Shown one piece after another: positions 1 to 9,737 of a stretch of DNA of 64,000 nucleotides (positions are counted from its first letter, which is position 1; each line of letters starts with the position of its first letter). Origin of the DNA: Glaciecola sp. (lineage in GTDB: Bacteria; Pseudomonadota; Gammaproteobacteria; Enterobacterales; Alteromonadaceae). The notes beneath the pieces were generated by a model. It was not told the origin of the DNA, did no database searches, and was given only the letters and a program-made list of their open reading frames with translations. Location of the stretch: positions 12,867-76,866 of the forward strand of contig JBLIGC010000004.1 of NCBI GenBank assembly GCA_047636735.1. Direction: 5' to 3'. The position numbers and the translations under genes are program-made.

Positions 1-212
1 CCACAGCTGCTGCATTACAACTAGAGGCCGCTATTCCTAACTTTCTAATTCATGAGCATCACACATACGCTATCAAACATTGGAACAGAGAGCTGTGTCT
101 ACAAGATTATCAACCTGTAAATGGTAAGTTTAAAGTGCCAGACTTACCTGGCCTTGGAATTGAATTGAATGATAAAATAGTAAAACGTTCACCAATGGTA
201 ACGGTTAGATAA
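1..212 (+). CDS. Mandelate racemase/muconate lactonizing (enolase superfamily) sugar-acid dehydratase, C-terminal part; start lies outside the window
   Basis: Manual translation of frame 3 gives TAAALQLEAAIPNFLIHEHH...NGKFKVPDLPGLGIELND, stop TAA at 210-212. The PGLGIE C-terminus is typical of galactonate-dehydratase-like enzymes. Not in the ORF track. Confidence 0.8.
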   Translation, partial: TAAALQLEAAIPNFLIHEHHTYAIKHWNRELCLQDYQPVNGKFKVPDLPGLGIELNDKIVKRSPMVTVR

Positions 213-252
213 AATTTGACCAACAGCAAACTTATGCTGATCTGGCCTTAGC

Positions 253-1134
253 TTATGAAAATCCATAAAGGTCTTTTGCATTTGTGCATAAGACCTTTTT
301 TATAGGCAGATGCGTTTCCTTGACACAATCAAACATTAAATTCCAATATTCACAATAGCTTCTGGTAAATAATGTAAGCGGGAAATTACTGGCTAGCATC
401 ATGCGGTCATATCCGAACAATTCAGCAATAGCAGACAGCACATCGCAAACATGCTCTTTTGTATATTCTCTATTTGTCATTTCAAAGCCAGAACACTTAA
501 CATAACAATTAGGTAACGCTGCGAACATTTCCATATTCGCCTGCCAATGCCCAAAGGCTTCAGATTCTGCCAATGGGGGTAAACCCGCATGATTGATGAC
601 TATTTTTAAGTCAGGCAATGAAACCAGCATATTGTGTAAATTAGCAATAAGCATATTCTTGGTAAAATCAGCGTGAAGTTCAAATATTAGGTGCGTTTTT
701 GCAACACAAAACAGGTTTTGTTTAATTAGGCTATTTTCTTTGAAAAAACACGCATCGTCGTCGATTATGCATCTAAAACCAGCTAAGTTAGGACTGTCTA
801 ACATACTAAAAAGTTGTTTTTTAAAAACATCATATTGTTCAAAGATATTAATAAAAGCAATAGTGCGAAACTGCGTCTTTTGGGCTTGAGGATATACCTG
901 AGACGCTAACCAATCAACTTCTCTTTTAGGGTTTATATTGTCAAAACCCGCTTCTATATGAACAGCCCCCTGCAAAAAATAATTATTGTTTAAGACTAAA
1001 TGATGAGGCATTGAGTCTTTATTTATAAGCGATTTATCTGGCCAATAAGGCGGATTGTCAGGTAAGAGCCAACTATATTCTCCCTTGGCTAAGTCAAAAA
1101 AATGAACATGCGGATCTATAATTTTTTGTATCAT
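253..1134 (-). CDS. Amidohydrolase family protein (sugar lactonase-like, L-fuconolactonase type)
   Basis: IIDPHVHFFD metal motif, VINHAGLP, YVKCSG, RMMLASNFP. Start placed at ATG 1134, directly after the SDR stop. Confidence 0.8.
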   Translation of the reverse strand: MIQKIIDPHVHFFDLAKGEYSWLLPDNPPYWPDKSLINKDSMPHHLVLNNNYFLQGAVHIEAGFDNINPKREVDWLASQVYPQAQKTQFRTIAFINIFEQYDVFKKQLFSMLDSPNLAGFRCIIDDDACFFKENSLIKQNLFCVAKTHLIFELHADFTKNMLIANLHNMLVSLPDLKIVINHAGLPPLAESEAFGHWQANMEMFAALPNCYVKCSGFEMTNREYTKEHVCDVLSAIAELFGYDRMMLASNFPLTLFTRSYCEYWNLMFDCVKETHLPIKKVLCTNAKDLYGFS

Positions 1135-1135
1135 G

Positions 1136-1861
1136 TTAGCCTGTGGTATAACCGCCATCAATGGCTTGCAGACTACCCGTAATAAAAGCTGCGTCATTGG
1201 ATGCTAAAAACAAAGCCATTGCGGCTACGTCGTCTGGTTGCCCTATTCTTTTGAGTGGTTGAAGTGCAGCTTCTTGGGCATGCACTAGAATTGGATCAGC
1301 ACCCGACTTTTCGCAATAAGCATTAATAGCCTTATGATATAACGGCGTTTCTATGGTGCCGGGGCACAGGGTATTTGCACGAATATTAAAAGAAGCATAA
1401 TCCAAGGCCGTAGTTTTCGCCATTGACGCTAATGCGTGCTTACTTATATTATAAATAAACGAGTTGGATTTACCCACAGTAGATTGGTCTGACCCAATAT
1501 ACAATATTACGCCATTTTGCTGCTGCTTCATATAAGGCAAAACCGCTTGAGTGACTAAATAAGCGCCCTTTACATTGAGATTAAATACCTTGGTGAAATC
1601 TGATTCTGAAGTGTTTTCAATGGATGCAGAGAAGTGCATTCCCGCGTTTGATATAAGAACATCTATTGAGCGTTCACTAGCAATTGCGCTAATACATGCC
1701 TGCACTTGATCAGCTTGGGTAACATCGCAGCAATGATAATGCCCAATGTCACCTTTGCAAATATCTAAATTATGCACTGCATAATTAGCCGCCTCAAAAC
1801 GTTTTGCAATAGCTAAACCAATACCAGATGAAGCGCCTGTGATAATAAGAGTTTTTGTCAT
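1136..1861 (-). CDS. SDR family oxidoreductase
   Basis: TGASSGIG, SNAG, YxxxK (YNISK), IDGG. Confidence 0.9.
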   Translation of the reverse strand: MTKTLIITGASSGIGLAIAKRFEAANYAVHNLDICKGDIGHYHCCDVTQADQVQACISAIASERSIDVLISNAGMHFSASIENTSESDFTKVFNLNVKGAYLVTQAVLPYMKQQQNGVILYIGSDQSTVGKSNSFIYNISKHALASMAKTTALDYASFNIRANTLCPGTIETPLYHKAINAYCEKSGADPILVHAQEAALQPLKRIGQPDDVAAMALFLASNDAAFITGSLQAIDGGYTTG

Positions 1862-2141
1862 AGATAACTAGTGCACCTAAGCATATAAAGTTTGGACTTT
1901 TCTTTATTGGGTATGCTGTGTAAATAAGTAAGATGCTACTATTATCTGAGCATTAGAGCAATAAAATTGAATAACTCAACATTACCAGAAAGTTCAACTA
2001 TATTGACTTATCAGAACCACCAGATAATTTCTGCGAAAATATCCACTAAGCCTATCTCAAAGAAAAATAATTGCGCTTTATTTGCAGATTTTCACTCTGC
2101 ATTTTTTATTTGTATTTATTACGGCTTGAAGCGAGGAAAAT

Positions 2142-2218
2142 TGGTGCGTCTACCCAGACTCGAACTGGGGACCTCTGCAATGTCAATGCAGCGCTCTAAC
2201 CAACTGAGCTATAGTCGC
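2142..2218 (-). tRNA. tRNA-Val(GAC)
   Basis: Reverse complement GCGACTATAGCTCAGTTGGTTAGAGCGCTGCATTGACATTGCAGAGGTCCCCAGTTCGAGTCTGGGTAGACGCACCA. Anticodon loop TTGACAT, TTCG T-loop, encoded CCA. Confidence 0.97.
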
Positions 2219-2334
2219 ACTTTTGTTTGTTTTAACTAAGGGTGTAAAAGGATATCACATCACGGTTAGTCAAACCATGTAAACGGCGCGTATAGTAACG
2301 ACCAAGTGCGTGATAAGCAAGTGCTTTTTTGCTA

Positions 2335-3402
2335 TTACCGCTGCAAGTTTATAGGTTTAATGAATTGTGCTGGGTTGCTATGTTCAACAACGTTTAAAAA
2401 GTGTTCAGCAAGCCTGTCTGACTCTTTAATAACGCGGGTCCAATAAGCAATACGTTCTTGTGCAGGTATTTCACTAAAATCTTTTCTGTCGGGAATTTTA
2501 CCGTATGGTAATTGTGCCACAAACTCTTCACTTGGGGCTACTAACAACACATTGTCATAGCTTTCAGGGTGGCATGAGCGAGATTTTAAAGACTTGTCAA
2601 ACCAACCCGGTGTTAGCTTGTCATAAAAATGGGGATACAGCACTAAATCTGGCGTTTCTAGTTTCATATCAAAATGATAATCAATAATGCCGCCATCTCT
2701 AAACATGCCATTTTCCACCCCAGCAATATTTTCTACACCTTCAATAACCGCGGGTATAGAGCCTGAGGCCATCAAACAATCTAAAAAATTCTTTTGGCTT
2801 AAAAACGCTTGCTCGGTTTTAATTGGCATTTTTTCACTAAATGCCAAACCTTCTTTGTTCGAAGAAAAAATAACGCGTGTAAAGCTTTTTGCCAGCTTTT
2901 TGCGTGACATTGCATTTCTGCCCGCGGCTATTGCAAGTCCGGCAAACTGTTTTAGCTTTTGTTCAGAAGCGGTTAATCCATGACACCTAGCCACCACAAT
3001 ATGCAATGATTTGGACGTGGAATTGAGTGCTTCACTTACACCTTTGTCACCCACCATATAATCTAGTAGTTCTATACCTTTTTGCGTTATTTCTGAAACG
3101 CTTGGTTTTTCTGAATAAACAACTGTGGAATAACGCTCAGCCAGCCGTGAAATAGCGGCACTGGGGTTTGACTGCGCAAAGCAAGTTGCCCTAAATGCCC
3201 CTGCTGAGCTGCCTATAATATCAACATGACGAGCTGATTTATGCATAAACTCATTGAAAATCACTTTATCTAAACCGGCTAATACAAACCATTTAGGGCC
3301 ACCGCTTGCGCCTAAAAACGCACTAAACATCTCAGGCTTCAATCCCTCAGATTGAATTCTAGATAGTGCTGTTTTACCAGCATAAAACGAAAGAGGCTGC
3401 AT
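2335..3402 (-). CDS. Patatin-like phospholipase family protein
   Basis: Gly-rich GASGGPK, nucleophile GSSAG, MASGSIP, DGG. Confidence 0.8.
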   Translation of the reverse strand: MQPLSFYAGKTALSRIQSEGLKPEMFSAFLGASGGPKWFVLAGLDKVIFNEFMHKSARHVDIIGSSAGAFRATCFAQSNPSAAISRLAERYSTVVYSEKPSVSEITQKGIELLDYMVGDKGVSEALNSTSKSLHIVVARCHGLTASEQKLKQFAGLAIAAGRNAMSRKKLAKSFTRVIFSSNKEGLAFSEKMPIKTEQAFLSQKNFLDCLMASGSIPAVIEGVENIAGVENGMFRDGGIIDYHFDMKLETPDLVLYPHFYDKLTPGWFDKSLKSRSCHPESYDNVLLVAPSEEFVAQLPYGKIPDRKDFSEIPAQERIAYWTRVIKESDRLAEHFLNVVEHSNPAQFIKPINLQR

Positions 3403-3544
3403 ATTATTATTCTTGTGTACTGTTAATATAACTATTATGGGAATTATTTGATTTTATTTCAAATAATTATGCCTAATACAAACGAATAAGTCACAATTGA
3501 ATGTATATTAAGCGCCTTATATTTGGTATAGTTTTCATTAGTTT

Positions 3545-3600
3545 AGTGGATAACTCAGTAGTAACACACAAGGTTATCCACAGTTTTAGTGGATAACCTT
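3545..3600. promoter_or_regulatory. Cluster of three DnaA boxes (DARS/datA-like candidate)
   Basis: AGTGGATAA 3545-3553, perfect TTATCCACA 3574-3582, AGTGGATAA 3588-3596. The last two are inverted and 5 bp apart inside a 12-bp inverted repeat (AAGGTTATCCAC/GTGGATAACCTT). Confidence 0.65.
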
Positions 3601-3628
3601 ATAGAACTAATAACAAGAGGAAAAGCAT

Positions 3629-4012
3629 TTGTCTAAGCAAACTCTCAAAGTGCTCGAAGAAACATTCGCTATACATAGTTTAGATGTAGAAAGTGACATA
3701 CCGTCTAAAGTCCTTGAATGCCCGTTATTTTTTATTGCTAAAACACTGGACGAATTGTCTATTGTTATTCCGCAGTCACTGCGTATAGGTGCTGTCGAAA
3801 CCGATTTTGACTGGCGTGTACTTGAAGTACTCGGCCCTTTAAATTTGTCGCTGGTTGGCATTATGGCAGAAATTAGCGGGGTATTAGCAAAAGCGAAGGT
3901 GAGTATTTTTATAGTATCTACCTTTGACACCGATTTTGTCTTGGTAAAAAACGCCCAATTAGAGCAAGCTAAATTAGCATTAATCAAAGATGACTACAGA
4001 ATAACGAACTAG
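3629..4012 (+). CDS. ACT domain-containing protein (CASTOR/GATS-like)
   Basis: DELSIV, W..LEVLGPLNLSLVGIMA, VSIFIVSTFDTDFVLVK; GAGG upstream of TTG. Confidence 0.85.
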   Translation: MSKQTLKVLEETFAIHSLDVESDIPSKVLECPLFFIAKTLDELSIVIPQSLRIGAVETDFDWRVLEVLGPLNLSLVGIMAEISGVLAKAKVSIFIVSTFDTDFVLVKNAQLEQAKLALIKDDYRITN

Positions 4013-4078
4013 CGCAACAAGCCATTACACAAAACATCATCAAACGTTTTAATTCACAATCAAAATTGAGAAGTAAAT

Positions 4079-4459
4079 ATGCTCACAATGTACGGTATAT
4101 CAAATTGCGACACCATTAAAAAGGCAAGGAAATGGCTTAATACTGCTGGCGTCGAATACACCTTTCACGATTATAAAAAATTAGGCGTAGATAGGGCTAT
4201 TATTGCAAATAGCATAGCAGCAACTAATATAGAAACAGTTGTTAATAAGCGCGGTACTACATTTCGAAAGTTATCCGACCACGACAAGTTAGTCGTTGAT
4301 GCTTATGCTGATGACGCAGACGCAGTATTAGACTTACTATGTAATAATCCATCAATGATAAAGCGTCCTATTTTGGTCAAACAAACAAACAGTATTGCGG
4401 TTTCTTTTACAGTAGGATTTGTTGACACCACTTACCAGGAATTGATCGATGGCGCTTGA
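4079..4459 (+). CDS. yffB: ArsC/Spx family protein (YffB-like)
   Basis: YGISNCDTIKKARKWL, VNKRGTTFRKL, PSMIKRP; immediately upstream of dapE. Confidence 0.85.
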   Translation: MLTMYGISNCDTIKKARKWLNTAGVEYTFHDYKKLGVDRAIIANSIAATNIETVVNKRGTTFRKLSDHDKLVVDAYADDADAVLDLLCNNPSMIKRPILVKQTNSIAVSFTVGFVDTTYQELIDGA

Positions 4460-5579
4460 TGTTATTGAAGTCACAAGCTTATTAGTGGGCAATGCATCGG
4501 TTACACCGCAAGACGCAGGCTGTCAGGACTATTTAAAAGAACAACTAGTAACATTCGGATTTACCAATGAAACCATGGTGTTTGCTGATACGACAAACCT
4601 ATGGGCACGGCGAGGCAACAGTGCACCAGTATTTTGTTTTGCTGGCCATACCGATGTTGTACCAACGGGACCTTTGGACAAGTGGAAATTTGACCCCTTT
4701 ACGCCCACACAAGAAAATGGATTCTTGTATGGACGCGGCAGCGCCGACATGAAAGCCTCTATAGCCGCCATGCTGGTGGCTACGCAAAGATTTGTGCAAG
4801 ACCATCCTGACCATAAAGGTTCAATTGCATATTTAATCACCAGCGATGAAGAAGGGCCATTTATAAATGGCACCACCAAGGTTATTGATACCTTAGAAGC
4901 GCGCCATGAAAAAATAGACTATTGCATTGTAGGCGAGCCTTCGAGCACTAAAGTAACCGGCGATGTTATTAAAAATGGTCGCAGAGGCTCCCTCACTGCT
5001 AACTTAACCATTAAAGGCTTGCAAGGTCACGTTGCCTATCCGCATTTAGTAGACAACCCTATTCATGCATTGGGCCCTGTTATTAGTGAGCTTGTGAATA
5101 CGCAATGGGATCAAGGAAACGCATTTTTCCCAGCCACTAGTATGCAAATATCAAATATTAGCGGTGGCACAGGCGCAAGCAACGTAGTACCCGGCACTGT
5201 GAGTATGATATTTAACTTTCGATACTCGACTGCCCTCACCTACAATGATTTACAAACCCGTGTTTGCGCTATACTCAACAGTCATAAGGTAAAATACGAC
5301 ATACAATGGACATATAACGGCTTACCGTTTTTAACTAAACCGGGTATATTAGTAGATGCTTGCAAAAAAAGCATTAGAGAAGTTTGTGCTATTGAAGCCG
5401 AGTTATCTACCGCTGGCGGCACATCAGATGGACGGTTCATTGCGCCAACAGGTGCACAAATAGTAGAACTAGGGCCTGAAAATAGTACCATCCATCAAAT
5501 AGATGAATGCGTGAATATAGACAACGTCAGGCAACTAGAAAAGGTGTATTATCAAATAATGGTTAACTTGCTAACATGA
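4449..5579 (+). CDS. dapE: Succinyl-diaminopimelate desuccinylase
   Basis: FAGHTDVVP, GRGSADMK, TSDEEG, KNGRRGSL, GGTSDGRF, TIHQIDE. Confidence 0.97.
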   Translation: MALDVIEVTSLLVGNASVTPQDAGCQDYLKEQLVTFGFTNETMVFADTTNLWARRGNSAPVFCFAGHTDVVPTGPLDKWKFDPFTPTQENGFLYGRGSADMKASIAAMLVATQRFVQDHPDHKGSIAYLITSDEEGPFINGTTKVIDTLEARHEKIDYCIVGEPSSTKVTGDVIKNGRRGSLTANLTIKGLQGHVAYPHLVDNPIHALGPVISELVNTQWDQGNAFFPATSMQISNISGGTGASNVVPGTVSMIFNFRYSTALTYNDLQTRVCAILNSHKVKYDIQWTYNGLPFLTKPGILVDACKKSIREVCAIEAELSTAGGTSDGRFIAPTGAQIVELGPENSTIHQIDECVNIDNVRQLEKVYYQIMVNLLT

Positions 5580-6262
5580 AAACACTTAGCATCAGCGCGA
5601 CTGAGTTAATGGGCCTTAGTCAATCCCATTTAGTGCCCGTCACCAGTGTGCATTTTTTGCATAAAAGCGTGGTAGCGCCTTTTTTAAATATGCGCAAAGC
5701 CGCTGCAGATGACAATATAGATATACAAATATGCAGTAGCTTTCGAAGTTTCGACAAACAACTGTCTATTTGGAACCGTAAATGGTCAGGAGAGTTACCC
5801 CTTAATACTTTACAAAACACAACATTGGTGGCGAGTGAATTAAGCAACCAAGAAAAAATTCACGCCATTATGCTATGGTCTGCATTGCCAGGCGCTAGTC
5901 GTCATCATTGGGGCACCGACTTCGATGTATATGACCATACAGCCGTTCAGGCACAAAATCATAGCCTGGCATTAGTGCCTAGTGAATATGAAGATGGAGG
6001 GCCTTGTGAAGCAATGTCAAAATGGATTGTTCAGAATGCCGCAAACTTTGGATTCTATTTACCCTATGCTAAATATGTCGGCGGAGTAGCGCGCGAGCCG
6101 TGGCATTTATCGTATAAAGAGCTTGCCACAAGCATACAAAAAAGCTTTGTGATAGATGAACTGTATTCACAACTTGAACAGGCTGATATACTAGGTAAAG
6201 AGTTAATTCTGAAACAATTACCTGGCCTTGTTAAACAATACACATTTAACTTAGGTGCCTGA
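5576..6262 (+). CDS. M15 family D-Ala-D-Ala carboxypeptidase
   Basis: SSFRSF, WSALPGASRHHWGTDFD, EPWHLSY. Confidence 0.9.
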   Translation: MKTLSISATELMGLSQSHLVPVTSVHFLHKSVVAPFLNMRKAAADDNIDIQICSSFRSFDKQLSIWNRKWSGELPLNTLQNTTLVASELSNQEKIHAIMLWSALPGASRHHWGTDFDVYDHTAVQAQNHSLALVPSEYEDGGPCEAMSKWIVQNAANFGFYLPYAKYVGGVAREPWHLSYKELATSIQKSFVIDELYSQLEQADILGKELILKQLPGLVKQYTFNLGA

Positions 6263-6288
6263 TGTGATGATTATGATAGGAAACAAAA

Positions 6289-6465
6289 ATGCAACTTAGT
6301 ACCACCTGGATCATCATTATTATTGTAGTTGTATTTGCAGTTGTATTTAGTAATATTATGATGCTAATTCAAAGTAATAAGCCCTTTGTATTTCCTGACT
6401 CATATGAAAAAACCGCTAAACAAAAACTAGAAGACGAAAAAAATGAAGACAAGCCTTCTAGCTAA
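6289..6465 (+). CDS. Small single-TM protein, DUF2897-like (58 aa; absent from ORF track)
   Basis: Manual translation MQLSTTWIIIIIVVVFAVVFSNIMMLIQSNKPFVFPDSYEK...DKPSS*, with AGGA upstream. Hydrophobic N-terminus ending in SNIMML plus a charged tail, placed after the dapE-M15 pair. Confidence 0.7.
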   Translation: MQLSTTWIIIIIVVVFAVVFSNIMMLIQSNKPFVFPDSYEKTAKQKLEDEKNEDKPSS

Positions 6466-6481
6466 ACACAGCCCTCACAAT

Positions 6482-6802
6482 TTAGCCAATACGTACAGCA
6501 GTACCGCTAATACTGACCATAAGCATACTGCCTTTTGGCCCTACAACCTCGTAGTCTAGATCAACGCCCACAATTGCATTTGCGCCTAACAGTTCTGCTT
6601 CATGCTTAATTTCATCAAACGCTACGCGCCTTGCTTTAGTAAGCTCTTCTTCGTATGCACCAGAGCGTCCACCAACAATATCGCGAATAGAGGCAAATAA
6701 GTCCTTGAATAAATTTGCGCCCATAATGGCTTCGCCAATAACAACGCCACAGTATGCTTGTATGGGTTTGCCTTCTATATTATTAGTTGTTGTGATAATC
6801 AT
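6482..6802 (-). CDS. ybjQ: UPF0145/YbjQ family putative heavy-metal-binding protein
   Basis: [42 protein letters not shown]. Confidence 0.9.
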   Translation of the reverse strand: MIITTTNNIEGKPIQAYCGVVIGEAIMGANLFKDLFASIRDIVGGRSGAYEEELTKARRVAFDEIKHEAELLGANAIVGVDLDYEVVGPKGSMLMVSISGTAVRIG

Positions 6803-6842
6803 CTACTTATCCTTTATTGTTTAGTTTTGGGTTGTCTGTTGC

Positions 6843-7271
6843 CTAGTCCAATGCTATTTCTACAAACTTTGCCAATGAATTGCGCAGCAGCACCAAGTGT
6901 GTTTCTTTTATATTATTTGCATAAGGAACACAAGTGCCCTGTCCCCAAATTGGACCAGGCCACGATGCATCATACTCAAATCTGGCCACATGATGAATAT
7001 GTAATTGTTTCACGATGTTTCCTAAGCAAGCAATATTAAGTTTAGTGGGCGTAAAGCAGTCTTTAAGCACTTTACTAATAATATTTGACGCCTTCATTAC
7101 GTCAATTTGCTGCTCTAATGATAGGTCATCAAGTTCGCTACAATTATTCACTTGTGGAATAAGCAGTAACCAAGGATAGCGGCTGTCGTGACTTAGACGA
7201 ACTTGGCTAATACCAATTGAGGCTACAAACGAAGAATCTTGCTCAAGTCTTGTATCTAGGTTAAAGCTCAT
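6843..7271 (-). CDS. HIT family protein
   Basis: YPWLLLIP, KLNIACLGNIVKQLHIHHVAR, WPGPIWG. Confidence 0.88.
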   Translation of the reverse strand: MSFNLDTRLEQDSSFVASIGISQVRLSHDSRYPWLLLIPQVNNCSELDDLSLEQQIDVMKASNIISKVLKDCFTPTKLNIACLGNIVKQLHIHHVARFEYDASWPGPIWGQGTCVPYANNIKETHLVLLRNSLAKFVEIALD

Positions 7272-8313
7272 ACGGAATAACCGTTAACAAAGCGCGTTGA
7301 CCAATTGCCACATTAGCATTTGGAAACACAATCGCTTCACCATCATGTTGTGCACGATATTCGCAATTAGTTTCGCTGGCAATTATGTCACCCTTGGAAA
7401 ATGTTGCGAAATTAGCTATGTTATCGTCGAAATGTAGACAAAAGTCATCATGTTGTTTATTAATAACCTGATTAACAACATAAATTTCCATATTACACTG
7501 GGAAAAATGGGGCACATCTACCGTCAACTTTGTTAATAACTCAATAAGTTTAGCGGTAACAGCTGTGAATTTTGACATGTCATTTTGCCCGAAAGGCATC
7601 ACTGTGCCTAGTTCAACGGTAAAAGCATGCGCCTGATGGTGCAAAGACGAATAATAACTAAATGTCGTTGTTGGCGTGCGCGACAGTAAAATAGTATTGA
7701 CCTCACATGCTGATAAAAAAGCAAGCTGTTGTTTTGAATAGGGCTTGCCATGTAAAAAAGGATAAACCGCGAATTTTTCATTTTTAGAGGGACGAATAGC
7801 AGTATGTAAATCATAGTGGATGCGCTGCGATGATTCACCGCTGGCATTGAAAAAGTTATCCACAATAGCCATTATTGAAGATGCTCTTTTGCCTTCGAGG
7901 CTAGATGATGATTGCTCAGCGCTGAACAACCTATTCAAATTTTCCTCTATAAAACGCTCAGCACTTGCCATTGATGCTAAGTTGCCAAAAATAAACAAAA
8001 CACGATGCGGTGTCGTTATTTTCTGGTTTAGTAGGTCGTTGACTAGTTGATTACATATTTCAATTGGTGCGGTCTCATTACCATGAACACCACATGACAC
8101 TACTATGCTTTTGCATGTTGAGACATTGCTATTATCATTAAAAGCGATTATCCCATCGGCCAGGAGGCTTATTGAAGTACCGTTGCTAAGCGAGAGTTCA
8201 AATGCATTTTCATTACCGGTGTAACGTAAAGCGCACTGCAGGAAATCGCTCTGAATTAAGCTAAGGAGGCTATCGTGACTATAATGTTCATACGACTTTT
8301 TTGCTGATTGCAT
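7261..8313 (-). CDS. astE: Succinylglutamate desuccinylase
   Basis: SCGVHGNETAPIE, NLNRLFS, HYDLHTAIR, FTVELG, IVFPNANVAIGQRA. Confidence 0.93.
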   Translation of the reverse strand: MQSAKKSYEHYSHDSLLSLIQSDFLQCALRYTGNENAFELSLSNGTSISLLADGIIAFNDNSNVSTCKSIVVSCGVHGNETAPIEICNQLVNDLLNQKITTPHRVLFIFGNLASMASAERFIEENLNRLFSAEQSSSSLEGKRASSIMAIVDNFFNASGESSQRIHYDLHTAIRPSKNEKFAVYPFLHGKPYSKQQLAFLSACEVNTILLSRTPTTTFSYYSSLHHQAHAFTVELGTVMPFGQNDMSKFTAVTAKLIELLTKLTVDVPHFSQCNMEIYVVNQVINKQHDDFCLHFDDNIANFATFSKGDIIASETNCEYRAQHDGEAIVFPNANVAIGQRALLTVIPYEL

Positions 8314-8364
8314 AACTGTGGCTATACCCGTTAATATTATTATTTCAATAACATATTAACAGAT

Positions 8365-9681
8365 TTATCCAACTTGTTTTTGTTGCTGGTCAATAATATA
8401 TCTGAAATTACCCACTTTAAGCATACCCAGAAATGTATCTAATGGCACGGCTTGCGAGAAGAAAAAGCCTTGACCCTTTTTAATACCCATTTCTTTGAGT
8501 ATAGTGAGTTGTTCCATAGTTTCTATACCTTCAGCGTAGGTTTCACAGCCTTTTGCATCACAAATAAGTTTAGTTGCGGCCACAATGGCAATATTGACAG
8601 GTGAATCGATTAGTTCTAGCACAAAGGCTTTATCTATTTTGATGGCGCTCAAATCAAGGTCTCTAATAAAACTGAGATTTGAGTATCCTTTACCAAAATC
8701 ATCCATTGAAATGGCAATCCCCATATTCCCAATTTCAGACAACTGTCTTTTCACTAACAACGAGTTTGACAGCGCAACGTCTTCGGTTAATTCAATTTCT
8801 AATTGATGAGGTTTAACGTCGTACTTCTTAAGTAATAGTGATAGATTTTGCACAAGTTCCGGATCATACAACTGCATAGGTGAGAGGTTGACCGAAATTT
8901 TCACCTCATAACCCTCTGTGTTTATCCTTGCTATAGCGATCATCGCTTTTTCGAGCGTCCAATAGCCCAATTCATTCATCATATTATATGATTCCGCGGC
9001 CTGTAATAAAGTGCCCGGAAATATAATTCCGTCTAATGGATGATTCCACCGCAGCAAGCATTCACCGCCAATAATCGTAAAATCATTTAAGTCAACTTTT
9101 GGCTGATAAAAAAGTTCGAGTTCTTCGCGATTTAAAGCTCGGCGAAGGTCGGCTTTCAAGGTTAAGCCTCTACCGGTGTTGTCTTTAGTATCGTCGTTGA
9201 GTACTGTAAAATTTTCATGCCTATTGGACTTAGACTTTTTAAGCGCTGACTCAGCTAAGGAGATTATACTATTAATATTTGTATCTGGATTGTTGCGGAT
9301 TACTGCTCCCACATTAAAATCGGCTATAAATGCGGTGCTCCTCACCGACATGGGCGTTTTAAAGTGGTTGTATAATCGCGCATGCTCTTGTCGCAGTGTT
9401 GTTTCGGTTACGGCATGTGTGAATACCACACCAAAAATATCTCCACTTACACGCCCAACCACTACTGAATCACAAAAAATAATTCTTATTTTATTGACTA
9501 TTTGAAGTAATAGATCATCGCCAGCTTTGTGGCCAAAGGCAGCAGAAACATCAGAAAAACGCATAACGTCTAACAGCATCAAACTAAAATGTTTTTCCTG
9601 CACAGAAATTTTCTCGATAATCTCAATAAAGTGATATCGATTAGGAATTTCATTTAAATGTTTGATTAAATTCACAGTCAT
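8365..9681 (-). CDS. GGDEF(degenerate)-EAL protein, probable c-di-GMP phosphodiesterase
   Basis: GGDEF position reads SGDIF. EAL domain has ECLLRW, ELTE, DDFGKGYS, KIDK, AEGIE. No obvious sensor domain. Confidence 0.85.
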   Translation of the reverse strand: MTVNLIKHLNEIPNRYHFIEIIEKISVQEKHFSLMLLDVMRFSDVSAAFGHKAGDDLLLQIVNKIRIIFCDSVVVGRVSGDIFGVVFTHAVTETTLRQEHARLYNHFKTPMSVRSTAFIADFNVGAVIRNNPDTNINSIISLAESALKKSKSNRHENFTVLNDDTKDNTGRGLTLKADLRRALNREELELFYQPKVDLNDFTIIGGECLLRWNHPLDGIIFPGTLLQAAESYNMMNELGYWTLEKAMIAIARINTEGYEVKISVNLSPMQLYDPELVQNLSLLLKKYDVKPHQLEIELTEDVALSNSLLVKRQLSEIGNMGIAISMDDFGKGYSNLSFIRDLDLSAIKIDKAFVLELIDSPVNIAIVAATKLICDAKGCETYAEGIETMEQLTILKEMGIKKGQGFFFSQAVPLDTFLGMLKVGNFRYIIDQQQKQVG

Positions 9682-9737
9682 AAAACGGGTACTAATCCTA
9701 TCAATCTATTTATTCACAAGCGGCACTTGCACTACTG

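Noticed and set aside
1967-2239. 90-aa ORF on the + strand
   Set aside because: Antisense to tRNA-Val; the LVRLPRLELGTS stretch is translated tRNA sequence.
3545-3600. oriC interpretation of the DnaA boxes
   Set aside because: Only three boxes, no GATC enrichment or 13-mer repeats, and no oriC-linked genes.
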